Origin: the human T2T-CHM13v2.0 reference genome, Homo sapiens
Length of the DNA: 64,000 nucleotides
NCBI RefSeq assembly: GCF_009914755.1
Contig: NC_060935.1
Reading direction: 5' to 3' (one strand)
Shown: positions 60,681 to 64,000 of the stretch, piece after piece
Position numbering within the stretch: position 1 is the first letter of the stretch
Layout of the letters: every line of letters starts with the position of its first letter
The notes under the pieces: model-generated
The model's database searches: none
Told to the model about the DNA's origin: nothing
What the model saw: the letters and a program-made list of their open reading frames with translations, nothing else
Position numbers and translations under genes: made by a program

Positions 60681-61233
60681 AAGTTATGCACTGATAATTG
60701 GATGATAGTAGAGTTTTGTTCTCCAATAATAGTTCTCTGAGGGGATCATTTCTACCAGACACTGACAATCAGAGAAAAGAGAAGATGGGTCACAGTGAGA
60801 CATACAGGGATCTGATTTATGGGAGTCCACAAGGCACTAGATGCTGCAAAATCTAGCACTTCAAGTAGCAGCATTGAAATAGTGAAGGCATAAATATTTT
60901 ACATGGCTCCTGGGGCCTTTTACCCTCACTATGCCACTGTTGCCAACCAAATAATGCACCAACTTCCTTAATGTGAGGTTCTGGAATTAGGCAGCTATTT
61001 ACAGGGAAGCTAAATTCAGAAATGGCTTCACGCCACTGTTGAAGGCTGAGCAACTGGGCAAGCTGGTACTAATCCTTGTTTTATTTAGGTTTCCTGCTGA
61101 CTCACATTCTATGTGACACATTGTATATTCTTCTACTTGTATGTGCCTCTGGGGCATGTTCAATTACAAATCATTATTCAGGGATAATGCTTCAAAAGTT
61201 CTGCTGGGATTAGATAAAGGAGCTTAAATTTAG

Positions 61234-61562
<329 letters not shown>

Positions 61563-61654
61563 GCATATTCACATTTGCAATCACTCATCAAATCCAATAT
61601 CTTATTCTATATGTACGAGAAGGGAAGTAATTTACCCAAAGTCACATAGTTTAG

Positions 61655-62192
61655 GACACATTTGTTCGTTGTCTACCAAGTGATCATTCCCTCTTTCTCC
61701 TTTCTAACCATACCCAGGCTTTTGTTTGAGCACATAAGCTATCCATTGAAACCAGTGTGCTTTGGAGGAAGCTGAGCAACACCCAACTCAACTTCCAGGG
61801 TGTCCCCTGGAGGGCATATTCAATTCCCCAGGAAACAGTAATTGGTTCAGACTCAAATTAATTAAACAGGGTAAATGTTAGAATTCTCACTTGGAATGCT
61901 GACATTCAAACATACTGTCTTTGTAAATGACCTGTGATGGTTTTAAATCCTGGAACAGTTACAGCCATGTTGCATCCATGAGGGAAGCCAGGTGTAGGAT
62001 CAAACTCACAGGGGAAAGCAGATAAGACAGGCCATGATGATGTCATTGGGCTGTGGAATGAAGCCAACTTTGAGTTAGACCCTCTTTTTGGACCTGCCTG
62101 TTAGTTATGTTATTGATAATTTGCCTTTCTTATTTAAGGCAGATAATTTGGATTTTCTGTTATTTGCAACTGAATATGTCCTAACAGATATA
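61655..62192 (+). mobile_element. MLT1-type solo LTR
   Basis: Ends GGATTTTCTGTTATTTGCAACTGAA..CCTAACAGATA, like MLT1 3' ends. Confidence 0.55.
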
Positions 62193-63086
62193 TTAACGTG
62201 TTCAAAGCCAAAAATTAAAAAAACTCAGCTCTCCGTGTTTTCATTTTATCACCAGTAAAATTAATGGATTGGAATATTATACCAGTGGTTTAAAAATCTA
62301 GTTTTAGCAGCAAAATGCATTGTTCTAGCAGTCTTACACAGATCATGCAATACATAAAATATATTTTAAAAAATCAATAAGTATGCTCCTCATTAATTTT
62401 TATAATTAGTGACAAATATTTCATTGTTTGTAGATCCCATGAAAACCTTTGTTTCTTTGGAGCACAATTTGAAAGCCACTAGTGCAGATAATAAAACATA
62501 TGTAATACATTATGCATAATAAAAATGAGATATGCATAATATACAGATATAAATATATATGTATGAATGTATATAAAATAGCTAACATTTATTGCTTTTA
62601 TTATGTACCAGGGATCGTGCTGAGTACTTTTTTATGCATGGTTTTATTTTAAATTCACTTCATGAAGCAGGTACTTACATTTAATAAAGGAATAATAATA
62701 CTTACCTCATGGGGGCTCTTGGGAAATTAAAACAAGATCCTAGACTTCACGTAACTGAGAAGGGCAAGCATTTTCTTTTGTTGAAATTAAACCTAGGAAG
62801 AAGTGCACCTAAAAACCTTGCTTATCCATGGACTTTCTAATTCCAACTCAACTAATTATAACTGATACAGATTCCTTCTGAACTCTAGTTTCAATATTAT
62901 CCCCAGTAGAAATGAGAATTGGTTTATGTGTCCTCTTTTATTCTGTGATATAAATGTCAGTTCTTTTGGTGATAGAAAGTAATGCCATCAGCAGCTGTAC
63001 TTAAAGAGACAAAATAATAACATACTCATATATCCCATAGAATGTTTATGCCTAAGGCTTCATAATCACATTAATTTAAAGATGAA

Positions 63087-63410
63087 GGGCTGGGCACAGT
63101 GACTCATGCCTGTAATCCCAACTTTTTGGGAGGCCAAGGCCAGAGGATTGATTGAGGCCAGGAGTTCGAGACCAGCCTGGGCAGCAGATCCAGGCCCCCC
63201 TCTACCATCTCTGCAAAAAAAAAAAAAAAAAAAAAAGTAGTAGGCAGGTATGGTGGTGCATGGCTATAGTCTAGCTACTGGGGAGGCTAAGGCAGGAGGA
63301 TGGCTTGAGCCCAGGAGTTCAAGGCTGCAGTGAACTATGATTGTGCCATTGCATTCCAGGCTGGGCAACAAAATGAGATCTTGTCTAAAAGAAAATTAAA
63401 ATAAAATAAA
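63087..63410 (+). mobile_element. AluJ with an expanded central A-run, nested in a MIR
   Basis: TSD TAAAGATGA. Confidence 0.88.
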
Positions 63411-63598
63411 GATGAGCCACAGAGAGGTTTAATGGCCTCCTAAGGTCACACAGATTGTTAGGGTTCAGAGCTGAGACTAACATTCAGGGAGTTTGGCTTC
63501 TATACCAATGCTCTGTACATTGCATGCTGCCCCTAATTAACCTGGCCAAACTTGGTCTCCATTTGCCACTGAAGTTAGCCAATAAGAAAGAAAATCTG

Positions 63599-63908
63599 GG
63601 CCAGGCGCGGTGGCTCACTCCTGTAATCCCAGCACTTTGGGAGGCCGAGGCCAGTGGATCACGAGGTCAGGAGATCGAGACCATCCTGGCTAACATGGTG
63701 AAACACACGGTGTACTAAAAATACAAAAAATTAGCCAGGTGTCGTGGCGGGCACCTGTAGTCTCAGCTACTCAGGAGGATGAGGCAGGAGAATGGCGTGA
63801 ACCCAGGTGGTGGAGCTTGCAGTGAGCCGAGATCGCGCCACTGCACTCCAGCCTGGGCAACAGAGCAAGACTCCATCTCCAAAAAAAATAAAATAAAATA
63901 AAATAAAA
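63599..63908 (+). mobile_element. AluY/Sc-like
   Basis: Full dimer with (AAAAT)n tail. Confidence 0.92.
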
Positions 63909-64000
63909 TGTGATGAGCACTGAAAGCAAGTATGATCTGAATTTGGCTGATCAGGACTTCCTATGGCCTTGTGAAGAAAACCTATGGCACCGTGGTTTTC

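Overview
Primate, almost certainly human, genomic DNA. The window holds the 5' end of ABTB2 on the minus strand: coding exon 1 at 22319-21437 (883 nt, GT donor at 21436) inside a CpG island, its promoter at about 22790-23000, and about 21 kb of intron 1 to the left. A processed MMADHC pseudogene sits at the left edge, inside that intron. To the right are about 41 kb of repeat-rich upstream DNA: many Alus, a full-length degenerate L1PB, a twin-primed 5'-inverted L1PB, L1PA and L1M fragments, a Tigger1, a MADE1 and MLT LTR relics. No other protein-coding gene is supportable; the remaining ORFs are Alu/L1 translations or GC-rich shadows. Most notable: (1) exon 1 encodes a fused H2B-then-H2A histone doublet with an in-frame Met exactly at the junction; (2) the leader has two uORFs and is stop-free in the main frame, and the promoter combines an octamer with twin CCAAT boxes; (3) two apparent local templated insertions; (4) several well-preserved retrotransposition scars. 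Repeat subfamily names are by eye and repeat boundaries are approximate.
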